Shown here one piece after another: positions 13,640 to 25,070 of a stretch of DNA of 56,302 nt. Position 1 is the first letter of the stretch. Each line of letters begins with the position of its first letter. The notes below the pieces were generated by a model. The model searched no databases, was not told the origin of the DNA, and worked only from the letters and a program-made list of their open reading frames with translations. This DNA comes from Lama guanicoe (taxonomy: Eukaryota): positions 240,669 through 296,970 of the forward strand of contig MU053347.1 of NCBI GenBank assembly GCA_013239625.1, in the 5' to 3' direction. Position numbers and translations under genes: made by a program.

Positions 13640-13880
13640 CAAGTACTGTCTGTGTGCCTGGCATCATGCTTTCCATGCACAATCTCACTTAATCTTTCCC
13701 CAAACCCTGATACTTAGATGATATTATTATCCCCAATTAACAGATGAGGACACTGAAACTTACAGTGGTTGAGTAACTTGCCCAAGGTCACTTCTGTAAT
13801 CAGTGTTGGAAGTGGAATAAAAATTCAGGTCTGTCTGGGTTTATATCATAAGCACTTATTCACTAAATGATATTACCTCT
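13640..13880. mobile_element. MIR SINE; similar relics at ~5390-5590, 8860-9100, 10880-11000, 18330-18440, 24080-24215, 41500-41670, 43750-43965 and 44150-44410
   Basis: MIR core: cagatgaggacactgaaac...gagtaacttgcccaaggtcac. Confidence 0.8.
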
Positions 13881-14310
13881 ATCCTTTCCCCTCCATATTT
13901 GCCTTCATACCTAGAGATTCATCAGTTTGGGAGCTTCTTCCATTGTTACTTTATCCTACAAAGAAAGCAGGTTTAGCTCGAGGGGAACTTTTGTGCAATG
14001 ATTTGGCTTCCTGCAACCAAGGTAGCCTCTTGCTGAGGTCAGAATCTTGCTGAAGATGGGGTTAAAAATTAAAGCACACACCCACACAAGCTTACTTATC
14101 TCATGGTCTTTCAAAGTTTTAAACCCTTATCACCTCCTAACCCTAGGAAGGCAGTCTAAAGTTTATCCTACAAAGGTGGGATAAACCTCCGCCAAGCCCA
14201 TTCTGCCTCCCCTGCCTCTTTGTGCTGCTGATTTATCTGTGTTCAGATGATTTTATTGACCAATTATTGATCTGGATGACTCTACGATTCATTGTGTATT
14301 ATTTTCTTAG

Positions 14311-14361
14311 GGTCTTTCTGGCCCAGATGGATATGGACGTCCAGGAAGAAAAGGAACAAAG
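14311..14361 (+). CDS. COL6A4: Triple-helix exon, 51 bp, with a Gly-X-Gly interruption: GLSGPDGYGRPGRKGTK
   Basis: ttttcttAG acceptor and GTgagg donor; a 51-bp interrupted exon is typical of collagen VI long chains. Confidence 0.92.
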
Positions 14362-14799
14362 GTGAGGGTTACCTTTCAGAGAATTCTCAACCAAGGACCA
14401 GAGTTTTTATTTTATTTTACTAGAATAAGGGTTATTACCCAAGCATATGCCGGAAATCATTTCTATAGGTTGTTTATGACATTTCATAGCTGCCATAGTT
14501 CCCTCCTTAAAAAATAAAAGCTGATTTTATTTCTCCCTTATTTAAAAGCCAAACTCCTTACCTCATCTTCCATCTGTGCCGGATGGTCCCACCCCAGCTC
14601 CGGGTGTGCCAGACCTTTTGTCCGTGTCTTACCTTTGCAAATACTCTTGCTTCTCTTTGAGATGTCCCTCCCCATTTCCCTCTTCTGGACAATTTGTTCT
14701 CCTTTTCTGAGACCACCGTCTTCTCCATGTGGATGCCCCACTGAGCTTCCCCAGACAGAATGCATGGTGCTCCTAAATGCAGAATGCAGTGTTCCTAAA

Positions 14800-15670
14800 T
14801 AAAGCACCTCGCTCCTTCATCTCAGGGAGTGGAGACTCCATCCTGCCAGTTACTCAAGACAGATGCTTCTGTCATCTTAAATAAGTCTCTTTCTCTTACC
14901 CACTGCACTTAATCCATCAACAATGGTGAGCCTGTCTTCACAGTCTGTCCAGCATTGCACCACATCTCACCACCGCCGTTGCCACCCTCTGGGCCAAGCT
15001 AATGTGATTTTCCACCTGGATTAAGGCAACAGCCACCGACCTTTTCCCCCTGCTTCTGCCCCCACCTCCTCTGGTGAGCTCTCCTTTCAGGAACCAGAGC
15101 CATCCTTTAAACACACGTCAGATCCTGTCTCTTTTACTCGAAGCCTGGCTGTGGCTTCTGATGTCACTCAGAGTTGCCCCACTGTTAGATGGCCTACAAG
15201 ACTCCACGTCAGCTGGCCCCTCTGTGAGCTCTCTGACTTCGTCGCCTCCTGCCCCTCCCCCGCCCCTCCTTCTCCTTCACTGCTCCTCCAGCACAACACA
15301 CGCTCACACCCTTGTTCACAGTCTTCACATCCTCTCTCCTCCCCCGGGATGCTCTTCTCCCCAGATATCTGCTTGGTTTGCTTCTTCAGTTCATGCTGGT
15401 CTTTACCCAAATGCCACCTTTACAAAAAGCTTTCACCTGACCTCCTTATATAAAATAGTTACCCCTCTTGCCCCTACCCATGTCATTCTTTATTCCTTAG
15501 TCCTTCTTCCTGAATAGCATTGAGCTCCCCCTGACAGACTGTACATCTCTTCCTCACTAGCAGGTCGGTTCCCTGATAGCAGGGTCTTTGGTCTGTTCAC
15601 CACTGACTTCCTAGTGCCGAGAGGAGTGTCTGGCACAGAGGAGGTGCTAAGTGAATATTTGTTGAGTGAA
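14800..15670 (-). mobile_element. L2 LINE 3' fragment
   Basis: Ends with tctggcacagaggaggtgctaagtgaatatttgttgagtgaat (L2 3' terminus); pyrimidine-rich body. Confidence 0.75.
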
Positions 15671-16057
15671 TACTTGCTTTGTAGTCTGTCTTTGGTCTGA
15701 CAGTGAGCACCTGCCTCCCAGCACTCGGTGTGGTGGCCCTTCCCTTCCCTTTGGTTTCCATTGGATCATCCCTCTGGTTATTTAAACCTATAGATTAAAA
15801 AATGCTTAAGAGGAAAGTTTCATTATCAAGGAGGGAGGAAGAATTTGTAAAACTCAATTACATTGGATAATTGAAGTACAATATGGCTATTTGGGAGTAA
15901 CTCAAGAAAACAATTGTGTGATAGTTTTTCTTTTTTCCGGCGCCTATTTTGAGTCTATTTCCAATGATAGTTTCTTCTTCCCCCCCACCAAGGAATGTCA
16001 AAGAAAGATCTTAATCACATGACACTAAATAAGACCTTATCTCATTTCTGACACTAG

Positions 16058-16093
16058 GGTGAACCTGGATTTCCTGGCTACCCTGGTGCACAA
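16058..16093 (+). CDS. COL6A4: Triple-helix exon, 36 bp: GEPGFPGYPGAQ
   Basis: ctAG acceptor, GTaaga donor. Confidence 0.92.
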
Positions 16094-16201
16094 GTAAGAA
16101 CATATCTTTAAGAACCTGGCACTCTGGTATGCAGAATGTATCATTTGTTTGCACTTGTTATTTTTCTTTACACTCAAGGTCCTACTTTTGATTCTTTTAA
16201 G

Positions 16202-16264
16202 GGAGAAGATGGTGATCCAGGCCCCCAAGGAGAAAAGGGGGCAAAAGGAATCAGAGGGAAGAGG
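16202..16264 (+). CDS. COL6A4: Triple-helix exon, 63 bp: GEDGDPGPQGEKGAKGIRGKR
   Basis: ttttaAG acceptor, GTaaga donor. Confidence 0.93.
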
Positions 16265-17573
16265 GTAAGAACCAAGGGAATGTCCCCAAATCCACAGAAG
16301 GTCACATCATGACACTTTCCTCACAGGAATGTACTTCCACTGGGTTAATGGACTTCTTAGCAGGAAGCCCGTGTCCTCCTCAGGATATCCTGCACCTTCC
16401 TTGGTCACTCCCTACTTAATCCTGCTGTCCTTCATCTTCTGAATGCAAATGCAGCTCACCAAACCATAACGACAGGAAATTGAAGTTGGAGGTTCAGCTA
16501 TGCAATATCAACCTTAAAAAACCAAAGTTGGGGGCACCACTGTCTTTGGTAAATCTGAACATCATTTGGAAGGGTATTGCTTTAACTGCAAGGCAAGCAT
16601 TACCATTTCTTTAAGATTCTTCCAAGGACTAGACTCTTTCAGGTTAGACTGTCAAGAATGTGGCTGCCATCTTGGTGGACTCTGAGTCATGTTTTCCCTG
16701 TGCTTTTTAGAGAATCTACCAGGAAAAGCCCATTCCGTTAGGTTCAGAAGAGTCAGTCTTAAAGAGCCACAATCATTAGCAGCCCTTTTTGTGAAGGGTA
16801 ACCCTGTGGATATCTAAAACTTTGGTTGTTTAGCTGATAAACATTAGAGAGGACGGCCTTCTGGGAAAAGGCCATGGACTAGTGTTCAGGGCAGAAAAGG
16901 GAAATGGAAAGAGGATGTGTACCCTCTGGGCACTCAGTAATTGATGTTTTTATACCCTGGCAAGGACATAAAGAAAAATCTGATCTACGCCTAACTTGGC
17001 TTGCTGCTGGCTAGGATTAGCCTGCTCCCTGCTCGGAAGGGCGTCTCTCTCTTGTTTAAATTAAAAAAAGATAAAGCACCAATTACATGCAGATCACACT
17101 GTATCCATTCAAATACCTGTAAGACTGGCAGTGAGTTGGTGGTTAGCATATACTTTTTCTGAGACACTGAAGACCTGAAGATAATGGGGGAGTTTCTTTT
17201 CTCCTGATGCCTGGCCCTCGATACACGTTTCCTGCATTCTTTTAATTACATGACCTGGAGCCTCAGTGGAGTATTGAGAAGTGATTTAAAACTCTGTTCG
17301 GATGTGTGTGTGCACGTGCGTGTGTGTACACCTGTTGCCAGGGGTCAGGTATGTAGGGGGATTGAGAAGGTTCCCTGAAAGAGACCCCCTTCTCTTTCTA
17401 GCCTCTGAGTCTCACTCCACTGATCACGGTTCATAAACTGGCTGGTCCATAGCAGCCTCGCTGGACCTTATATATATGACACCTTGGAATCCCAGAGCGG
17501 TTCTGTTGGTTTTAATCATGTTGTGTTCACGGTGGGGGTGGTGGCTTATTCCTCTGGTTTTGCTCCTTTTTAG

Positions 17574-17636
17574 GGGAATGCTGGACTTCCTGGGTTTGTT
17601 GGACCTCCAGGAGACCCAGGACCTCCAGGACCAGTG
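17574..17636 (+). CDS. COL6A4: Triple-helix exon, 63 bp: GNAGLPGFVGPPGDPGPPGPV
   Basis: ctcctttttAG acceptor, GTaaca donor. Confidence 0.93.
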
Positions 17637-17875
17637 GTAACATGGACTTCTCATTTCATTTATTTTCAACCTTTCTGTAAAAACAAATAAGGATAAGACA
17701 AGAGGCATCTCTAAGAAGAAATGAATGTTTCAAATGCACAGTTGGAGCTACATAGGGAGTGGGTCAGATTTGCTTTAGAGGACATTAGCCTCAAGTCCTT
17801 ACACAGTATGGTACTTATTAAGTATAGATATTTTGACTTAATGTGGGGAAGATTTTAGAGTGGCTGGAGATTTAT

Positions 17876-17919
17876 TTATTTTTAAATTTATTGAATTACA
17901 GTTGATTTACACTGTTGGG
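17876..17919 (-). mobile_element. Ultra-short retroposon 3' tail
   Basis: T-rich tail plus ttgaattacagttgatttaca; 11-bp TSD TGGAGATTTAT at 17865-17875 and 17920-17930. Confidence 0.75.
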
Positions 17920-18816
17920 TGGAGATTTATGAATCTGTCTAAATACACAAAAAACAATTTGTAAAACTCACCGGAGAGTGAGTTTATCCATGTAATCCAG
18001 ATGCATAACAATAATTATGCAAAAAACAGAAAGAACTCCTAACAAAATCTGACATTTATATAATCTTACCTGAACAGATGATGTTGCAAGCCCACAGAGC
18101 TTTCTAAAATTCCCTGGAAGGTACTTGGTCTGAAAGGAAAGTCTCAAGGCTGTTGTTGTTTCACCCCATATCTCATCCTAAGAGGCTAGGCCATGGTTCG
18201 TGGAGGATGGGATGGTGAGGCAGCTGGGGGCTGGACCAGGTGGTTTCACTGCAGTTTGGGGTTTACCGGAGGGGTGCAGCTGAAATCTTAAAAGTAGAAT
18301 AAAAACATTTTAAAAGCAGAAGGACCACTCATGCCCATTTCACAGATGAGGAAACAAAAGCTGAGAAGATTTTAATGAGTGGCTGGAAGTCACAGATGAC
18401 TACCTTGCAGAGTCCAAATAAGAACAAAGATCTTAAGACTCCCAGAGTTGCTGGGGTCAGGCGGCTCTGTTCTGAAGGCTCGTGTGACACTAGGGAGTAG
18501 ATAGAGTGGTGGGAGGTGGCCGGAGGAGAAAGGATGGGAGGACTGAGGTCTACCTGAGAGCTGCCTATAAATGGTCCTGGGGTCTTGAATGGTCCCTTCC
18601 TGAATATGTCCCAGACTGTGGCTTGGTCTCTAAATGAATGATCTTCAAGGAGTCTTTATGTACCATCTCCCTGGGCATCCTGCACTCCAGGGTTTGGAAC
18701 TCATCCCCTACACACTCTGACTCCTTCCTTCAGGAGTCAGACAGAACTCCAGGCCCAGGAGTGATGCAGAAGGTGTTCTGTGTAACACGGTGAACCTTCT
18801 CAAACTCTCCTGTGAA

Positions 18817-19878
18817 CTTTTTTTTAACACCTTTATTGTGATATGGTTCCTGTACAGTAAAAGTACAGTTTGTTTTGATAGATGTATACACCCAAGAAAC
18901 CACAACCACAATCAAGGTAGCTAACATTTCCATCACTTTCCAAGAGGTGCAATTTTTGAATTCCCAATTTGTCTCTTCCCACCCTCTTTACCTGTTGGTA
19001 ACCATAAGTTTGTTTTCTGTGTCCATAAATCTGTTCTTGTTTTGTAGATAAGTTCATTTGTGTCTTTTCTTTTTTTTTTTTTTAGATTCCACATACTAGC
19101 TTTATCACATGGCATTTTTCTTTTTCTTTCTGGCTTACTTTACTTGGTATGATGATCTCCAGGTCCATCCATGTTGCTACAAATGGCATTATTTTATTCT
19201 TTTTTATGGCTGAGTAGTATTTCATTGTATACCACATACTACAGCTTCTTTATCCAGTCATCTGTTGATGGACATTTGGGTTGTTTCCATGTCTTGGGTA
19301 TTGTAAATAGTGCTGCTATGAACATTGGGGTGCAGGTGTCTTTTTGAGAGTTATATTTTTCTCCNNNNNNNNNNNNNNNNNNNNNNNNNNNNNNNNNNNN
19401 NNNNNNNNNNNNNNNNNNNNNNNNNNNNNNNNNNNNNNNNNNNNNNNNNTTCCATAGTGATTAGTTTACATTCCCACCAACAGTGTAGGAGGGTTCCTTT
19501 TTCTCCACAGCCTCACCAGTATTTATCATTTGTAGACTTCTTAATGATGGCCATTCTGACAGGTGTGAGGTGACACCTCATTGTAGTTTTGATTTGCGTT
19601 TCTCTAACAATTAGTGATGCTGAGCATCTTTTCATGTGCTTGTTGACCATCTGAATGTTTCCTTTGGAGAGATGTCTATTTAGGTCTGCCCATTTTTGGA
19701 TTGGGTTGCTTGTTTCTTTGATATTAAGGTGTATGAGCTGTTTGTGTATTTTGGAAATTAGTCCCTTGTCGGTCACATCATTTGCAAATATTCTCTCTCA
19801 TTCTGTAGGTTGTCTTTCAGTTTTGTTGATGGGCTCCTTAGCTGTGCAAAAGCTTTTAAATTTAATTGGATCCCATCT
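18817..19878 (-). mobile_element. L1 fragments: old L1M 3' end (~18817-18945) joined to a younger L1 ORF2 C-terminus/3' UTR; N gap at 19365-19449
   Basis: The minus-strand ORF 19513-19776 ([12 protein letters not shown]...[12 protein letters not shown]...HMKRCS...[12 protein letters not shown]) is the L1 ORF2 C-terminal region. Confidence 0.92.
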
Positions 19879-19939
19879 TCACCGTAATGTATTGAAATTC
19901 CAGAATCTTGCATTTTGAACCCATTTCTGTTCCTTCCAG

Positions 19940-19975
19940 AGCATCAAGGGCCCCCAAGGTTTGGCAGATATGATG
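19940..19975 (+). CDS. COL6A4: Last triple-helix exon, 36 bp: SIKGPQGLADMM
   Basis: ttctgttccttccAG acceptor and GTatgt donor; the first codon is AGC where Gly is expected. Confidence 0.87.
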
Positions 19976-20954
19976 GTATGTGAAGATTTTAATTCTAGAC
20001 TTGATTATTTTCAGAACACAGAGCTTTCCACTTTCATAAAATGGAACTCTGTAAAGGTTCCTTAGTTTCTTCTTTTACAAGTTCTTAGTTTATAGACTTT
20101 GCTCTGGTAGGTTATGACCAAATCAAATAAAAGGAGCAGAATAATATTTTAAATGCTGAAATAATATCTTAAATAATTTAAAGTGTAGAATAAGAGTCTA
20201 AATCTGGATATTTTAAAGTAACACTAGTTGACGTAAAATGAAAGACTTTGAGGCTACTAGCCCTGTGCAAAAAAAAAAAAAAAGCCTTTTGTAAGTTCAA
20301 AAATTGCTTATAAAGTATTTATAAGTCAACATGTAGTGTAGTACAGACCACTCTGTCTTATGGTCCACCTGGAACCAATTTCAAAAGTTACGGTGATTCT
20401 TCATCTCCCAGGAGCAAGGTACCTATGGGGGAGGCGGGGGCATATCTCGGGGCACTTGAGAAGCCAGAAGTGGTGAGGTCGAGGGAAGAACAGGATTGAG
20501 AGGATGAAGCAGAATTCTAGGGGAGGTGTTGGGGTTGGAGGGTCTTGGCCACCATTCTAAAGAAGTGTCACAGAAATCACTAATACACAAGCTCCAAGAC
20601 TTGAAGGCATTCCTCTGCCTTCCTTGCTGAGATTCCTGGAACTCAACTTCTTCAAAAGCAGATTTGATTCCTTCAGGGGAAAAAAAAGAGGTCCCCTCAT
20701 CTGCCTGTCTCTAATCATATAGGCACTCTATTATATATAAAATGCTACAAATATTTTAAAATACTCACTGGATCTAGAATGATAACTGCTGGGGAGTTCC
20801 ATCTGCTGCAGGAACTTTGGGGTTTCCTTTTGTGGATTCAGAAGCTTAAGATAGGCACTGATAACATCCATATGGCATTTCTAAGTCATGAGGGTGAGGA
20901 GAGATATGCTTCAAATTAAATACCGTTTCCTCTCTTTCTTCATCTTTCTCACAG

Positions 20955-20991
20955 CCTTGCGAAATTATCCATCTTGCTCAAGAAAACTGCC
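20955..20991 (+). CDS. COL6A4: Post-helix linker exon, 37 bp: PCEIIHLAQENC + 1 nt
   Basis: Long pyrimidine tract plus cAG, GTaagt donor; conserved Cys motif. Confidence 0.9.
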
Positions 20992-21373
20992 GTAAGTTGT
21001 GTGGGAAAGGCTCCAAAGGAGCAGTGGTGTGAAGTGGGGATGGATCATGGGCTGGGGACAGAAGTCATCTGGGGATTTGACTGAGGTGGTCCATCATAAA
21101 AGGCTATTATAAATTAACATTCAGCTCAGTCCCTGCCTTGGGTAAGTCATCGTCCCCAGTGTGGTCTCAGAAATGAAGTGGGTGAAAGGCAGGAAGAAAA
21201 ATTCCACCATGATATGGCACCTCATGCAACACACTGACAATTACGCACCTGCGTGTCTGAAGCTCAGCGCTTCTTTATCACAAGACAGGCAGAGAGGAGC
21301 TCTGTTCTTTTATTTCCTCCGTTTAAAGAAGAGGGATTAATGGAGAGCCTTTAGTAATGAACATGACCTTTTG

Positions 21374-21575
21374 CATTTTTTTTTTACATTTTTTAATTGA
21401 GTAATAGTTATTTTACAATGTTGTGTTAAATTCTAGTGTAGAGCACAATTTTTCAGTCATACATGAACATGTATATATTCATTGTCACTTTTTTTTCACT
21501 ATGAGCTACCACAAGATCTTATATATTTTTCCCTGTGCTACACCGTATAATCTTGTTTATCTATTCTGCAAAATG
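21374..21575 (-). mobile_element. 5'-truncated lineage-specific L1 3' end
   Basis: Poly-T then acattttttaattgagtaatagt; TSD TGACCTTTTG at 21364-21373 and 21576-21585. Confidence 0.8.
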
Positions 21576-23384
21576 TGACCTTTTGAATTAACATTTGTTT
21601 TAAAAATGGAAATATGAAACATTGAATTCTAAGTAATGCCTTGTCATGTTCCCAGATTGGAATTCCTTTACTGTCCTTAATGTTCTCTGGGATATTTGCA
21701 TCCTATAATATGCACATTTCTCTGCTCACTGGCAACAGGAAGAGAATGCTGATCTGGCAAATTGCTTAGCTGGATTTTCTCCACTATCATCCTGCCCTGT
21801 AAGATGCTAACTCTTCCACGTTCTGTCCATTCCCATCCAGTTGCAGTTCAAGGATATCTGGAATCTTTTTTCCTTGAAATCATAAAGAATAATACCATCA
21901 TCTTGACCACCAAGGGAAAGAGTCTCAGAGTTGGCTGTATAAAAAGTTAAACCCCTTTTGCATTCAAGAGCACTGTGTAGTCAAAACCAAACAGAAAAAG
22001 GGGGAAAAAATATGCACTACAAGCCATGAACCTAGGCAAAGGTCCTAACTTCTTTACCCTATCATGTTGAAATATGTAAACTTGCTGCTACTCAACCATT
22101 TTCATCTACAAACATGGAGATTTCATATTTGCTAAACCTAAATGTTAAAAGGTCTTTTAGACTGAAAACAGGCCAAAGACATAAATGAGGATTCAGAAAA
22201 GAAAAAATACAATAAACCTGCCATTGTTTGACCTCACGAGAAGTCAAAAAATACAAATTAAAATGAGATACTCTTTTGTGGCTCAAATTGGAAAGATTTT
22301 TAAAATGAAGGGAAAAAAATCCCTATCCAAAGCTGAGAAATGTAGGCACGTCCATTGGCACAAATTTTCTGAAGAGCCATTGGGCAATGCATATCAGCAT
22401 TATCAGAACTTATATGGGGCTGTAATTGGATAGATATGCACAGACGCACTTTCCAGTAAGGGATGCTGGTGGAAGAAGTTATGAGATATCCATGTTACGC
22501 CAGATGACTTTGCTCTCAATTTATTGTTGGAAAGAATAGATGTTTATCACACAATAAGGGGGAAAAAAAAGATTCAGAATAGAACATACCCTGAGCTCCA
22601 AGTTTTATAAAATAAAACAACAAAGTATATCTGTGCATATGTACACATACATATGATAAATTAAGGGTGATTTTAATTTTTTTGCTTTCTGCTATTTTCC
22701 ATGAAAATAACTTGTGTACACACACTCACATAATTTAATTAATGTATTTTGTATTATATGTATGTACTTTAAGGTGTGTGTGTGTATGTGCGTGGGTATG
22801 TGAGATGTGTGGGTTGCAGAGTAGCTCAGGGTATTAGGTTGAAGGTGAGCACAGTGTGAGCTCAGTGCCCAGAAGCACAGACACAAATGTAGTTCCCAAG
22901 TCAGAGCCTGGATGGGGCAAGTCAGGGCTGCTGGAACTCCACGGTGCTCAGAGAGGCAGTCTCTTTGTATTCTCTTGCTCTGTCATTGGGGCGAGGATGC
23001 TATTTCCCAGTCACCTCGTGGTCCAAGATGTCTATCAAGCTTCAGCCAGCAGGGAAAGGAAAGAAAAGGAGAAGAACATTGTGCCCGCCAGGTTTCTGAT
23101 TCTATTATCCAGGACTAAGTAAGTTGGCTACCCACCCCGGGAAATATCGTCTTTGTTCCAGGCAGCCAGACCCCTGGCCAGAGACTGGGGTTCTGTTCTG
23201 GAAAAAAGGGAGAGTGGGCATTGGGGAGCAAGTCGAGGTCTCTGCCACACTCAGGCAGGAGGCAGGGAGGCTCTAGTGTCTCAGAGGAGATGGTTCTCAG
23301 CCAAAGCCCTCACGTGTCAAACACGCTGTTGCCCATGGTAACTAACGGTGTCTTCTCTTCTCTCCGAAATCGTCCCCCTTCCAG

Positions 23385-23396
23385 CTTGTTCAATAG
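23385..23396 (+). CDS. COL6A4: 12-bp micro-exon (phase 1-1) completing P-C-S-I-G
   Basis: ccccttccAG|CTTGTTCAATAG|GTaaat; joins the flanking exons in frame to give ENCPCSIGVSRCP. Confidence 0.85.
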   Translation, partial: LVQ

Positions 23397-23484
23397 GTAA
23401 ATAACATTCCTTCTTATTCACGCCCGCCTTCCCCTGTTGAGAGGCCTTACAGACAATCCCAAATCTGCGTGTCCATGTGTCTAG

Positions 23485-23978
23485 GTGTCTCCAGATGCCC
23501 AGTGTTCCCGGCTGACCTGGTCTTCACCTTGGACACATCAAATGACGTCTCCCAGCTGGAGTTTGAGAGGAGGAGAGACATTGTTGTCTCTCTGCTGATG
23601 AAGATAGACATAAGTGGGGGTAACTGCCCCACGGGGCCCCGGGTGGCTGTGGTCTCGTACAACAGCAGAACAGACCACCTGGTTCGCTTCTCCGACTACC
23701 GGGGCAGGCCCGCGCTCCTGTGGGTGCTCGGGGAGGCGGCCCTGGCAGCGCCCTCCGGCAGCAGGAGCCTCGGGGGTGCCATGAGGTTTGTGGCAAGACA
23801 CCTGTTCAAGCGCGTGCACTCGGGCCTTCTGCTCAGGAAGGTGGCCCTGTTCTTCCAGGTGGGCTGGGCCCAGGATGTCGACACCATCAGCACCGCCACG
23901 CTGGAGCTCAGCGCCCTGGGCATCACCTCTGCCATCATCACCTTCATGGAGGGGCACAACCTCCCGGAGGCTCTGCTA
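23485..23978 (+). CDS. COL6A4: C1 von Willebrand factor A domain exon, 494 bp
   Basis: Lies within ORF 23469-23999 (CPVFPADLVFTLDTSNDV...CPTGPRVAVVSY...LGGAMRFVARHLFKRVHSGLLLRKVALFF); ctAG acceptor, GTacgt donor. Confidence 0.93.
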
Positions 23979-24244
23979 GTACGTGGGGGCCGTGGCTAGG
24001 CGGGTGGGTCCAGGGTGAGTGCCATGTGCCTCGTGAACACCGTCTTATTGAATTCTTCCCTGGACTCTACAAGGTAGGTGTTACCATGCGTCTCCCTTCC
24101 AGAGAGAAGAAATCCAAGGCTTAGAGAGGTTAAGTCTATCATCAAAGGTCAGATATCTTATTAGGGGCGGACTGATTTGACCTGCCTTCAGAGCCTGTGC
24201 TGAAACACTGTGCTAACCGGTATCATGAGGTCGGTAGAATGGAC

Positions 24245-24497
24245 TTTTCTTTCTTCTTTTTCACTCGGGCTATAAAATCCATACCCAGGTAACGTGCGGG
24301 GAGGGCGCACCAATCCCGTCTACAGCTGGATGGATGCTGACATAGGGTTAAACCCTGCAACCAAGACATGGTTCAAGACATTGAGCACCTTCAGCGTTTC
24401 ATAAGTTTTCTCTTTTCTCTTTCTGAACCATAAGATGCTCCTGGCTTCTGTCACAGTCAGACAGTTTCACCTGTTCGGGGTCTTCATGCACACTGAG
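24245..24497 (-). mobile_element. Degenerate old L1M 3' fragment ending at the compositional junction
   Basis: T-rich start, then ataaaatccatac, caaccaagacatggttcaagacattgagcac and gacagtttcacctgtt; recalled L1M 3'-UTR pattern. Confidence 0.45.
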
Positions 24498-25070
24498 TCC
24501 TGAATTTTAAATGCCTATGCTTGCCTGGTTCCTCAAAATGCTCTTTGGAACAGCTTTACCCTTTAACTATTTCAATCATTAATGAGCTAATAAATCTTTG
24601 AAAAGCATGCACTTGGTATTTGGATGTAGCAAATATTTTAACGAGAAAATTATGATTTGATATCTAGAAACTGGAAGCAATATTTTGTAAGAAAATTTAT
24701 TTACAGATAAGTTTTTAATTTCTATACCCTCTATGCCCCTAGTTTCCTTGAAATGTATTTTATGACTCTGCAATGAGAAAGATGTCTTTCTTATCTTATA
24801 AAAATAAATGTTAGCTATTGTAACTTTCACTCTTGAAAAATATCAAAAGATATATATATATTAGCTTAAAAATCATTTATATATCATCATGGTCTTAATC
24901 ATGGTCTGAAGGCACATCCTTGGGAGTCAGAGAGAAAGAGCATAGGTATGGAAATCTCTGTGGCATATTAATATGGCTTGTATTGCATCATGCATCCTTT
25001 AATATCTAGTAAAAATAAAATTGACTTTGAATTATTTATCTATATTTGAACATTTTGATATCATTTGGTT

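Larger units (their letters stand above)
4787..23978 (+). pseudogene. COL6A4: Collagen VI alpha-4 (COL6A4)-like gene segment, 14 exons; functional status uncertain (open frame, but Gly substitutions and missing 3' exons)
   Basis: Phase-0 Gly-X-Y exons of 54/36/63/51 bp, then PCEIIHLAQENCPCSIGVSRCPVFPADLVFTLD... VWA. Exon order and sequence fit the alpha4 chain as recalled better than alpha5/alpha6. Confidence 0.7.

Noticed and set aside
13361..13692. His/Pro-rich and Gly/Val-rich ORFs on both strands
   Set aside because: By-products of a degenerate (CAC)n intronic repeat next to a MIR.
15074..15517. 147-aa Ser/Pro-rich ORF
   Set aside because: Lies within an antisense L2 relic; no domain or splice context.
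4787..23978. Assignment as COL6A5, COL6A6 or COL6A3
   Set aside because: Exon-by-exon resemblance (GLA-D/PCEI, CPCS-G-SRCP, SGSRSLG, TATLEL, HNLPEA) fits alpha4 as recalled; BLAST confirmation is still needed.
23524..24124. Several overlapping alternative-frame and antisense ORFs
   Set aside because: Shadows of the GC-rich VWA exon.
24905..24995. WESERK... resembling the recalled next COL6A4 exon
   Set aside because: Similarity is only a few residues, with no acceptor or donor and an in-frame stop; probably chance. tBLASTn could settle it.
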